In this document: one piece after another, positions 34,768 through 42,904 of the stretch
Layout: every line of letters begins with the position of its first letter
How positions within the stretch are numbered: position 1 is the first letter of the stretch
Assembly (NCBI GenBank): GCA_963674965.2
Contig: CAXXFL010000001.1
Location: 960,001 to 1,024,000 of the forward strand
Source: a bacterium
Lineage (GTDB): Bacteria; RBG-13-61-14; DATKZS01
DNA length: 64,000 nucleotides
Direction: 5' to 3'
Translations under genes and position numbers: made by a program
The notes under the pieces: model-generated
Seen by the model: only the letters and a program-made list of their open reading frames with translations
Databases searched by the model: none
Told to the model about the DNA's origin: nothing

Positions 34768-34951
34768 GAACCTCTGTATAAGAAACGCTTTGGAGTGCGG
34801 CGGCTTGACGCCGCTTTTCTTCCGAGCGGCTTGACGCGAGGCAGCCGCTGTATTTTCAGGTCTTGTCAAGCCAAGGCCATCGAAAGCGGTCTCAAGCGAG
34901 AGGACTCCAAATCGGCTATGCCGCCAAGAAAATGACTTTTGCAAGCGGCTC
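34768..34951. mobile_element. MITE/REPIN-like non-coding element, copy 2 (~184 bp)
   Basis: Collinear with 129-314. Right TIR GACTTTTGCAAGCGGCTC (34934-34951) is a 17/18 reverse-complement match to the left TIR of copy 1; its own left TIR is degenerate. Confidence 0.75.
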
Positions 34952-34987
34952 AATAGATAAACCCGCTTGGCTCAGAAAGAAATGAAG

Positions 34988-35032
34988 CGCCGGGGGGGAT
35001 GCGTCGGCAAACGTCCCGACCGACGCCCGGCG
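34988..35032 (-). terminator. Possible terminator hairpin downstream of the aminotransferase
   Basis: GCGTCGG/CCGACGC stem flanked by CGCCGG/CCGGCG, followed on the minus strand by a T-rich stretch. Confidence 0.35.
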
Positions 35033-35083
35033 GGTCGAATCTGGGCTCGGCGATGTATCGTCCGCCCGATCCGCCGTTTAATT

Positions 35084-36319
35084 TTAGCCTTTTTGTTCGG
35101 CCACGATCTTAAAGCACTGGTCGGTAACCTCGAGGGTCTTATCCATGTCCTCCTCGGTAAGGGACGAGGAGATGAACCAGTTGTGGTGCGGATGCAGGAA
35201 AATACCGCGCTTGGCCGCCTCGCCGCAGAAAAAGCGCATCTTCTCGAGGCTGGGGTCCTCGCCGAAAAGCATGTAGGGCATGGCCGGATGTCCGGACACG
35301 GTGACTTCTACCTCGTGGAGCTTGGCCTGCTCGCGGAGTCCCGCCTGAAGCTTCTCCCCAAAGAGCCTGATTTTCTCGATGGCGCCCGAGGCCTTGATCT
35401 CGGTCATGCAGGCCCGGGCAGCGGCCATGGGGGCGGCCGAGTAAAAATGCGTTCCCGACCAGTAGACCTTTTTCGCCGACTCCATTATGGCCTTGGTCCC
35501 CATGGCCACGGACAGGGGGTAGCCGTTGGCGATGGTTTTTCCGAAGCAGATAATGTCGGGGTTGGCCTTGCCGTAGTGGCAATGGGTCCCCTCGTAGTGG
35601 ACCCTGAAGCCGGCCCGCACGTCGTCGATAAGCATAAGGGCCCCGGCCTTGTCGCATATTTCCCTGACCGTCTCGAAGTATCCGGGCTGGGGCTCGGTCT
35701 GGTTCATCATGGCCCAGTGGCCGAGGGGCAGGAGGAAGACGGCCGCTATCTCGTCTTTTTTCTCCTCCATCAGTTTCCCGAGGCCCTCGAGGTCGTGGTA
35801 GTCGTAATGGTAGACGTGAGACTTGTACTCGGCCGGTATGCCCACGTCGGAGTGTATGCACCAGTTATGAAGGCCGTGGTAGGAGTTGTTGGCCATGACG
35901 ATGCCGTTCTTGCCCGTATGGGCCCTTGCGGCCATGGCGGCGAAGGTGGTGGCGTCGGAGCCGTTCTTGCCGTAGACGGTCCAGTCCATGTAGGGGATTT
36001 CGCCGACGAGGAACTTGGCGAACTCGAGCCACTGGAAAGAGGGAAGCGTCGAGCTGTTGCTGAGCGCGAGCTGCTTGTTATACGCCTCGTCCACCGCGGG
36101 ATGGTTGTAGCCGATGCCCACGGCGCCAAAGGAGCACATGTAATCGATGTACTCGTTCCCGTCCACGTCCCAGAACCTCGCGCCCTTGGTGCGCTGGATA
36201 AAGGCGGGATGGACCCCATAGGTCAGGAACAGGGGCGTGCGGGGGAAATTGACGCCACCCGGAACGTAGTCCTGGACCTCCTTGAACATCTCGTAAGACT
36301 TGGATACGTCGTGACTCAT
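35084..36319 (-). CDS. Class III PLP-dependent aminotransferase (GSA-aminomutase-like)
   Basis: WDVDGNEYID, KNGSDAT, YHG, IDDVRAGFR, FGKTIANGYP (PLP lysine), SGTH. Confidence 0.9.
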   Translation of the reverse strand: MSHDVSKSYEMFKEVQDYVPGGVNFPRTPLFLTYGVHPAFIQRTKGARFWDVDGNEYIDYMCSFGAVGIGYNHPAVDEAYNKQLALSNSSTLPSFQWLEFAKFLVGEIPYMDWTVYGKNGSDATTFAAMAARAHTGKNGIVMANNSYHGLHNWCIHSDVGIPAEYKSHVYHYDYHDLEGLGKLMEEKKDEIAAVFLLPLGHWAMMNQTEPQPGYFETVREICDKAGALMLIDDVRAGFRVHYEGTHCHYGKANPDIICFGKTIANGYPLSVAMGTKAIMESAKKVYWSGTHFYSAAPMAAARACMTEIKASGAIEKIRLFGEKLQAGLREQAKLHEVEVTVSGHPAMPYMLFGEDPSLEKMRFFCGEAAKRGIFLHPHHNWFISSSLTEEDMDKTLEVTDQCFKIVAEQKG

Positions 36320-36358
36320 CTATAGTCCTCCTTTCAAGTAACCGTACATTATTTATCC

Positions 36359-39007
36359 TTACGGCGACAACACCAGATGGTAAGCCGCTTCTTCTTTCAC
36401 TTTTTCCGGGTCCATGGTCATGGTCAGATGATCGCCCGCCAGCCACACCATGTGCAGGTCCGAGTAATGGGGCGAGAGCCACTGCCCCGAGATCGAGCCG
36501 TCTATAACGCCCTTGGCGTTCTCCACGTCGCCCATGTCGATAAGGTGGCGCCAGGCCGGGCCGTACATGGCCTTGAAATGCCACTTGCCCCCGTCGGCGG
36601 GGCTGGCGTTTCTTACCGTGTGACGCGAGCCCACGTGGGGGTAAGGCCCGACGGACAACTCGCCAAGCGGTCCGAACCCGAGGGGATGGAACCACTTGAT
36701 CACGTGAACGTCGCCCCATTCCCAGTTCTCCGGGTCCTCGCCGTAGCGCTTCTCGATAAAGACCATGGCGTCCTTGACGGCCTTGATCATGATATCGTCC
36801 ATGTCCTCGACCACGTCGGGCGTGGTCTTGTCGTCAAAGAGAGGCGACTCTCCCTTTTTAATCATGACCTCGATGGCGATCTCGATATGAGATTCCGAAA
36901 GAAACTTCTCGAAGTCCTCCTTGGAGACCTCGTCCGCGAAGACGGCCACCCGCATCGAGTGGGCGTACTTGAAGAAGATGGTCGAGGCCGGGCTGTCAAG
37001 GTCCGTCTCGTAGTCCCACTCCTTAAGAATATCATAGGCCTTCAGGACCTGGGGATCGGTCACGCCCTTCTTCTCGATGGCCGACAGGATCATGGGTACC
37101 TCGACCTGGGCCTTGAGCGCCTTGATGTCGTTCTGAATCCTGACCATGTCGTCCATGTCGATGGGCGCCAGTTCCTCGAGCAGCTCCTCCACCCGCCAGG
37201 CGCGGTAGCCGTTGTCGTAGTTGAGGTCGAAAATATAAGGATATATCTCCGCGTCCACCACCTCGTTGTTGGCCGAGACCATCCAGCCCCGCTCCGGGTT
37301 GATCGAGTGAGGAAGCTCCATCAGCGGTATGAAACCGGTCCAGTCGAAATCACCCGGCTCGCCGGGAACGGGGACCGCGCCCACTCCCTTGCCCCTTATC
37401 GGGACCAGGCCGCCGGGCAGGTAGGCGATGTTTCCCGCGGAGTCGGCCGCCATCCAGTTCTGGTTGGGCAGGTCAACGTAGTCCATCGCTCGAACGAAGT
37501 CGTCAACCGACTTTCCCCTCATAAGGATATCCATGGACATGGCTATGTTGTTGAGGCTGACGCCTTCCAGTTCGCTCGCCCGAGCCATGAAGTCGTCCAC
37601 GTCGGTGGAATTAACCAGCTCCTGGAAAAGCCGCTGGTCTCTCGAGAAGTCCCAGGCCGTCCATCGAAGCGACACCGGCGGCGCGCCCTCCGGCAGGGGA
37701 AGGTAATCCGTGAGGACGGGACCGTGTACGGTCTGCCTGATTTCCACCTCCTCCCACTTGCACTTGTTCGAGGGTATCTGGCGGACGCAGTATTTTTCCG
37801 TCCGGGTGGTAAAGGGGACCCACTCCCCCTTGTGTTGGTACATTCCGGGATGATCGTCGTCCACCGTCTCCACGTAAAGGTCCTGCACGTCCGCTATCGA
37901 GGTGGTGGCGGCCCAGGCCAGGTCTCGCGTATGGCCGAGCGGGATGTAGGGTATGCCGGGAAACATGACGCCATAGACGTCCACGCCGGGGCAACGCAGA
38001 TGGGCCATGTACCAGATCGAGGGCTCCATGTGGGGAAGGTGGGTGTCGTTGCCCAGCATGGCGTTGCCCGTGGCCGAGAGTCTGGGCGAGACGATCCAGT
38101 TGTTCGAGGCGAAGGGCAGGTCCGTTCCCACCGTCTTCCTGATCACGTCCGATGAGGCCAGAAGCGCCCGGGCCGCGTCTCCCGCCAGGACCGGGGCGTC
38201 GCCCAGTTCCTCGAGGGAGGGCCTTCCTCCCGGCGGCAGTCCCTCCCGGGGACGAGCGAGCTTGTTCTCGAGCAGCTCGGGCGGCACGATGGTGGGGCCG
38301 TAGCCGTCGTGGATGGGCGCCACCGACCAAGCCAGGTCCTCGCCGTACTTGTCCATCAGCGCCGTCCGCAGAAGCTCGACCATCATGTTGTAGCCCAGGA
38401 TGAACCCCATCAGCCGGCTGAAGCTGATAACGTCCGCCGGCCGCCAGGGCTTGGGCTTGGTCTTCAATACCTGGAACTCGACGGGCAGGTCCTTGAAATC
38501 GGGATGGGTCTCGATAAAGTAGTTGACCCCGTCGCTGTAGGCCGCGAGCTGGCCGTAAATCCGGGGCTGCTTTTCCTTTAAAAGGGCCTCGCCCGCCTCG
38601 CCCACGAACTTCATGCCGATCGAGCGCTGCTGGCGGTCGATCATTACCGTGTCGATGGGAAAGCCTTTAAAAGAAGCGCCGGGTATTTTCACCTTTCCGA
38701 AGAGCTCGGCCGTTCTTCCCTCCGCCACCGCCCGAAGGAGGACCATCTCCCACAGCCTGTCCTGGGCCTGAATGAACCCGACCGCCCAGAAAAGGTCATG
38801 CTCGTTCTCGGCGAACACGTGGGGCACGGCGTAGGCGTCGCGGTATACGTGGACCTCGCCCGACAGGCCGGGCGCGGTTATTTGGCCCTCGTAAACGGCC
38901 AGCGACCGGTCGAGGTTTCTTTTATAGACGTACTTCTCATGCACGCAGGAGAGAAGCCCGCTAAAAACGAGCGACGCCGTTAACAATATGCTGAGTACCT
39001 TTTTCAT
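36359..39007 (-). CDS. Penicillin acylase family Ntn-hydrolase, probable lipoprotein
   Basis: RDAYAVPHV, AQDRLWEM, SNNW (beta-chain nucleophile), NDTHL, HGP, SANN, SGQWLSPHYSD; lipobox-like LLSC. Confidence 0.92.
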   Translation of the reverse strand: MKKVLSILLTASLVFSGLLSCVHEKYVYKRNLDRSLAVYEGQITAPGLSGEVHVYRDAYAVPHVFAENEHDLFWAVGFIQAQDRLWEMVLLRAVAEGRTAELFGKVKIPGASFKGFPIDTVMIDRQQRSIGMKFVGEAGEALLKEKQPRIYGQLAAYSDGVNYFIETHPDFKDLPVEFQVLKTKPKPWRPADVISFSRLMGFILGYNMMVELLRTALMDKYGEDLAWSVAPIHDGYGPTIVPPELLENKLARPREGLPPGGRPSLEELGDAPVLAGDAARALLASSDVIRKTVGTDLPFASNNWIVSPRLSATGNAMLGNDTHLPHMEPSIWYMAHLRCPGVDVYGVMFPGIPYIPLGHTRDLAWAATTSIADVQDLYVETVDDDHPGMYQHKGEWVPFTTRTEKYCVRQIPSNKCKWEEVEIRQTVHGPVLTDYLPLPEGAPPVSLRWTAWDFSRDQRLFQELVNSTDVDDFMARASELEGVSLNNIAMSMDILMRGKSVDDFVRAMDYVDLPNQNWMAADSAGNIAYLPGGLVPIRGKGVGAVPVPGEPGDFDWTGFIPLMELPHSINPERGWMVSANNEVVDAEIYPYIFDLNYDNGYRAWRVEELLEELAPIDMDDMVRIQNDIKALKAQVEVPMILSAIEKKGVTDPQVLKAYDILKEWDYETDLDSPASTIFFKYAHSMRVAVFADEVSKEDFEKFLSESHIEIAIEVMIKKGESPLFDDKTTPDVVEDMDDIMIKAVKDAMVFIEKRYGEDPENWEWGDVHVIKWFHPLGFGPLGELSVGPYPHVGSRHTVRNASPADGGKWHFKAMYGPAWRHLIDMGDVENAKGVIDGSISGQWLSPHYSDLHMVWLAGDHLTMTMDPEKVKEEAAYHLVLSP

Positions 39008-39076
39008 CCAATGTTTCCCCCTGAATATATCTTGTTTTTCTCGCGACGGCCCTGGGCCTCGCCGGCATAATCGTTA

Positions 39077-40540
39077 TTAAACTCCCGCCTCGACTTTTTT
39101 ATTTCGCGCCCAGTCGGAACGCTCCGAGCCCGGGTCGGTAATCGAGACAATCCTGTTCAGGGCTGCCCTGGCCCCGGTCTTATCGCCCATCCTCAGCCGG
39201 GCCTCGGCCAGAAACCCGTTTGCCGAGGCCTCGGCCGAAGGATACACGTGATACCTTAATGCCTCATCCGCCCAGGATGGAACGCCCTTAAGGCCCGGCT
39301 CTCCCGAGGATAATATCTTTACGAGTCGAGATAGAAGCTCCTCCCCCGTCCTGACGGTCTCGAAGAAATCGGGAAGCGTGACGTAAACCGCCCCGCAAGC
39401 GTACATGGTCAGCCAGCCCTCGAGACCGTCTCCAACCGGGACCGCCAGGGCCCGGGCCAGAAAAGAAAGCATCCGGTTGACAAGGTAAATCGGGGCGGAC
39501 AAGCCCTTGGCCTCGGCCAGGGAAAACAAGCAGTCCAGGGCCGCCGCGACGTTGTCCATCGGCTTGGCCGAAGGCTCGGGCCAGGACCTGGCCGCCAGGG
39601 CCGAGGCGGACTCGAGGTCCCCATCCAGCAGATAAAGAAGAGCTGAAAAAGCATCGGCGCCCGGTCCGAAATCGGGACCCCGCGCGGCCATAAGAGAGGC
39701 GGCTTCGCCAAAGTTGCCCCGCAGGGTCTCGAGGATTATCCCCTCCGGCCCTTCCATTTTTCCCGCGGGAAGCAGGTCATCGAGCTTGCCCAGGCCCCGG
39801 AAGAAATTCAGGTTGTCCTTTAAAACGGAAATCCTGTTCAGCGCCCCCAGCGCGTCGGCCGCCAGTTCCCGAGTAAGCAGCCTCCGGTATATGACGATGA
39901 AACGGTCAAGGGACTCGTCGGCCTCGGTCATCATGCGGGCGGCCTCCCTGGCGGTGACGTCGCCCAGGATGCTGGTGGTAAATATCTTGAGGTCGCGGGT
40001 AACCGAGTGATGGACCCCGTCGCGATAAGCCTTGGCTATCTCGAGGCAGTGGTCGAAGGGAACGCCGAGTTCCTCCCGCTGCTTCATGATGGCTATTATC
40101 TCGAGACTGAGAGGGCCGTAAAGGTCGCCTTTTTCTCCGCGGCTGGGGCGGATGATGTTCTCCCGGGCAAGGGCCCTTATCTTCTCGAGAGGATACCCCG
40201 TTACGCTCGCCGCCCTGGCCTCGGAAAGGGGCTCGGCCTCGGCCATGGCCGCGTTGATCTTGAACATGGCGCCGCCCAGTTCCAGGTCTTCCTCCCTTGT
40301 CTCCCCCGAGTCGAGAATCCTTTTTATCACCTCGAGAGGAAGAAAACGCTCGCGCTGAAGTTTCTTGATTTGTTTGATCCGGTCCACGCATGACTCGTCG
40401 TAATAGGCCATGGTCTTGCCGGTCTTGATGGGCTTGTCGATAAGGCCCTCGTTAAGGTAGTGCCTTATGGTGGAAACGTTGACCTCGGCCTTTTTAGCCA
40501 ACTCCCCTATCCGAAGTTTATTTTTTCTTTTTATCGGCAT
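39077..40540 (-). CDS. MerR-family transcriptional regulator with second HTH and long helical C-terminus
   Basis: LRIGELAKKAEVNVSTIRHYLNEGLI...YY; second HTH-like segment around ASVTGYPLEKIRAL. Confidence 0.82.
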   Translation of the reverse strand: MPIKRKNKLRIGELAKKAEVNVSTIRHYLNEGLIDKPIKTGKTMAYYDESCVDRIKQIKKLQRERFLPLEVIKRILDSGETREEDLELGGAMFKINAAMAEAEPLSEARAASVTGYPLEKIRALARENIIRPSRGEKGDLYGPLSLEIIAIMKQREELGVPFDHCLEIAKAYRDGVHHSVTRDLKIFTTSILGDVTAREAARMMTEADESLDRFIVIYRRLLTRELAADALGALNRISVLKDNLNFFRGLGKLDDLLPAGKMEGPEGIILETLRGNFGEAASLMAARGPDFGPGADAFSALLYLLDGDLESASALAARSWPEPSAKPMDNVAAALDCLFSLAEAKGLSAPIYLVNRMLSFLARALAVPVGDGLEGWLTMYACGAVYVTLPDFFETVRTGEELLSRLVKILSSGEPGLKGVPSWADEALRYHVYPSAEASANGFLAEARLRMGDKTGARAALNRIVSITDPGSERSDWARNKKVEAGV

Positions 40541-40575
40541 AGCTTAAAGATCAACTAAACATTACAACGTTATAC

Positions 40576-40606
40576 ATTATATACTCCGTTTCACACCGGA
40601 TTGCAA
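40576..40606 (-). promoter_or_regulatory. Putative promoter of the merR-acylase-aminotransferase unit, 19-nt spacer
   Basis: Minus strand TTGCAA (40606-40601), 19 nt, TATAAT (40581-40576). Confidence 0.5.
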
Positions 40607-40712
40607 CTGGGAATTAAAAAATTCAAACAAGGGAAATATGGCCTCGCGACGAATAAAAGCCGGGAACCAAACCAGGCTGGATATGGGCGCTTCAAAATGC
40701 TAATCTTCTTAC

Positions 40713-41342
40713 ATGATCGAAATTTACTACGGCGGGAACTCGAGGCGATCGGGAGTAAATATCCTTCTTGCTATCTTGGCCTTTATGGCGGTCCTGGTTT
40801 CACCGGCGTCTCTTCTGTCCGCGGAAAAGCATCTGACCTTGTCCGAGCTTGCGGTGCAGTCGGACCTGATTGCCCGGGTCAGGGTAATATCCATGGAAAC
40901 TCGGCTCATGCGCGCCTCGGCCGGAGAATTCCCCTTTATTATCTATAAGGCCGAGGTCATCGAGATGATCCACGGCCAAAAATCTTCCGAGCTTTTTTTC
41001 CGGGTACCGGGAGTAATCACGGGCAATACCGTCGCCATCGGCTCGGACCAGCCTCTTTTCAAGGATGGCTCCGACCTGGTGGTTTTTCTCCGGCGAGCGG
41101 ACGCCTCCGAAGGGGAAGGACCCATGTACGATCTTGTCTCACCGGGACAGGGCGCCATCCCGGTGCTGGCCGTTCCTTCATCTAAGAAAGCGGACGCGGC
41201 CGTCAGGGAGATGGTCCCCATCAAACTCGGCGTTCCCTCCGGTCCGGACAACGCGTCGCGCGTCATGATCGGCCTCGAGGATCTGGCCGCCCACGTCACG
41301 GCCGCCAAGGCCAACCAGGCCGCGCGGGAGGCCGGCCAATGA
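40713..41342 (+). CDS. Secreted hypothetical protein, possible TIMP/NTR-like OB fold
   Basis: Signal-peptide-like N-terminus; LSELAVQSDLIARVRV...YKAEVIEMIHG...RVPG...LVVFL; ATGA overlap with the matrixin gene. Confidence 0.7.
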   Translation: MIEIYYGGNSRRSGVNILLAILAFMAVLVSPASLLSAEKHLTLSELAVQSDLIARVRVISMETRLMRASAGEFPFIIYKAEVIEMIHGQKSSELFFRVPGVITGNTVAIGSDQPLFKDGSDLVVFLRRADASEGEGPMYDLVSPGQGAIPVLAVPSSKKADAAVREMVPIKLGVPSGPDNASRVMIGLEDLAAHVTAAKANQAAREAGQ

Positions 41343-42904
41343 AAAGGACTTCGGCCGCCATGCTCGCGGCGGGGCTTATTTTGCTTTTCGGCCTTAGCGC
41401 CCGGGCCTATTGGATTCAGCACCGTCTGGTTAACGACCTTTCCACTCCCGAGCAGTTCCTTCCCGCCCCGGACGGCTCGAGGCCGGGACCGGCAAATCCT
41501 CCCGCTCCCGTCACCCTCGAGATACTCCCCCTCCCGCCGGGCGGCAACGACGACCTGATTGAAGCCGCGGCCAGGGCCGTTTCAAACTGGGACCTGGTAG
41601 CCGGCTCCGCCCTCAACCTTTCGATATCGACGCCTGGTCCAGGGGACTTATACGACCCCGGCTGGGCGGACCGGTACTATAATGAAGACGGCAGGAACAC
41701 CATCGAGTTTATCATGGAGGGCTGGCCCGATTTCCTCGGCCCGAACGTCATCGCCATGACGGTTCCTCACGCACGGGCGGACGGCGCCATTGCCGAGGTG
41801 GACATATTCTGCAACGTCGAGAACTTCAGATGGGAGGCATTCGAAAAGGACGGCTATTTCCCGGGCCTGGCGGCCGAGCGCTGGGTGGACGCGGAGTCCA
41901 TATTAACCCACGAGCTGGGACACGTGGCGGGTCTTGGCCATTCCCAGAAGTTCTGGGCGAGCATGTATTATCTTCCGGGCCTGGCCGACACTCGGGCCCG
42001 GCTTCTCACCTCGGACGACGAGCGGGCCCTCAGGTTTCAGTACCCGGCTAGGGAGGAGGACGTTCCTCCGCCCAGCCCCTGGGCCGCGGCGGCCGATACC
42101 TTCGCGGACGGCCAATGCGGCGCTTCTTTTATCTCGCTTCTTTCCTATCCGGTATATTTCGATGAAAGGATAATTATAACCTCACCCGAAGACCCGTCCA
42201 TTCCGCTTTGCGTATTCGGCTCGGGTTTCTACTCCGACCGCTCTATCGACATGGACCTTTCCCGCGCCCGGGACTCGCTCGGACAAATCGACGGCGAGGA
42301 GACGATCGCTCCCAACTTCGCTCGCGGTATAATCCGGAACGAGGAGGGCGGATACGATATATTGGAGGAAGGGTCGTACAACGTGGACATGTACTATGGC
42401 CCGGGTGAGGCGGGATCGCTTCTCGACGGCTTCATCAAAAACCCCGCGGGAAACGACCCGCCGACCGCGATAATAGAAGCGGACCGGGACGTGGTGGGCG
42501 TGGGCCGGGTAGTGAGACTTTCCGGTGAGGGGTCCTTCGACCCGGACGGCGCCGACCTTTCCTATTCATGGTCCGTGGTCGAGAGCCCGGGAGAAGCGAC
42601 CGCCATTCTCGATTCATCCGAATCGGCCACCGTAAAGTTCAAAGCCATAAGGCAGGGCCTCTTCGTGATAAGGCTTTCGGTTAACGACGGAAGCGTCTCG
42701 GGAATTGCCGATCAGGTCCTTATACGCGTAACCAACGCCGACGTGGTTTCCGGCGGAGAGGAAGACTTCAATCCCTGGGGTTGCTGGATAGGGGAGGCCC
42801 CTGGCCGCTCATGGCTTATATGCCTGGTCCCGTTTGTCCTGGTAACGTTGGCCAGGGTTTTGTCGCTTTTTCAGTGGGATAGGAAGCGCCCGCGGTCAGG
42901 GTGA
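41339..42904 (+). CDS. Matrixin (M10-like metzincin) metalloprotease with PKD-like domain and C-terminal membrane anchor
   Basis: HELGHVAGLGHS, Met-turn ASMY, LTSDD; PKD-like PTA...SFDPDGADLSYSW...LSVNDG; GC plus TM plus basic tail. Confidence 0.88.
   Translation: MKRTSAAMLAAGLILLFGLSARAYWIQHRLVNDLSTPEQFLPAPDGSRPGPANPPAPVTLEILPLPPGGNDDLIEAAARAVSNWDLVAGSALNLSISTPGPGDLYDPGWADRYYNEDGRNTIEFIMEGWPDFLGPNVIAMTVPHARADGAIAEVDIFCNVENFRWEAFEKDGYFPGLAAERWVDAESILTHELGHVAGLGHSQKFWASMYYLPGLADTRARLLTSDDERALRFQYPAREEDVPPPSPWAAAADTFADGQCGASFISLLSYPVYFDERIIITSPEDPSIPLCVFGSGFYSDRSIDMDLSRARDSLGQIDGEETIAPNFARGIIRNEEGGYDILEEGSYNVDMYYGPGEAGSLLDGFIKNPAGNDPPTAIIEADRDVVGVGRVVRLSGEGSFDPDGADLSYSWSVVESPGEATAILDSSESATVKFKAIRQGLFVIRLSVNDGSVSGIADQVLIRVTNADVVSGGEEDFNPWGCWIGEAPGRSWLICLVPFVLVTLARVLSLFQWDRKRPRSG

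Noticed and set aside
35084-36319. Calling the aminotransferase hemL
   Set aside because: The fold is GSA-aminomutase-like, but HemL signature segments are diverged and no heme genes are adjacent, so it is left as a class III aminotransferase
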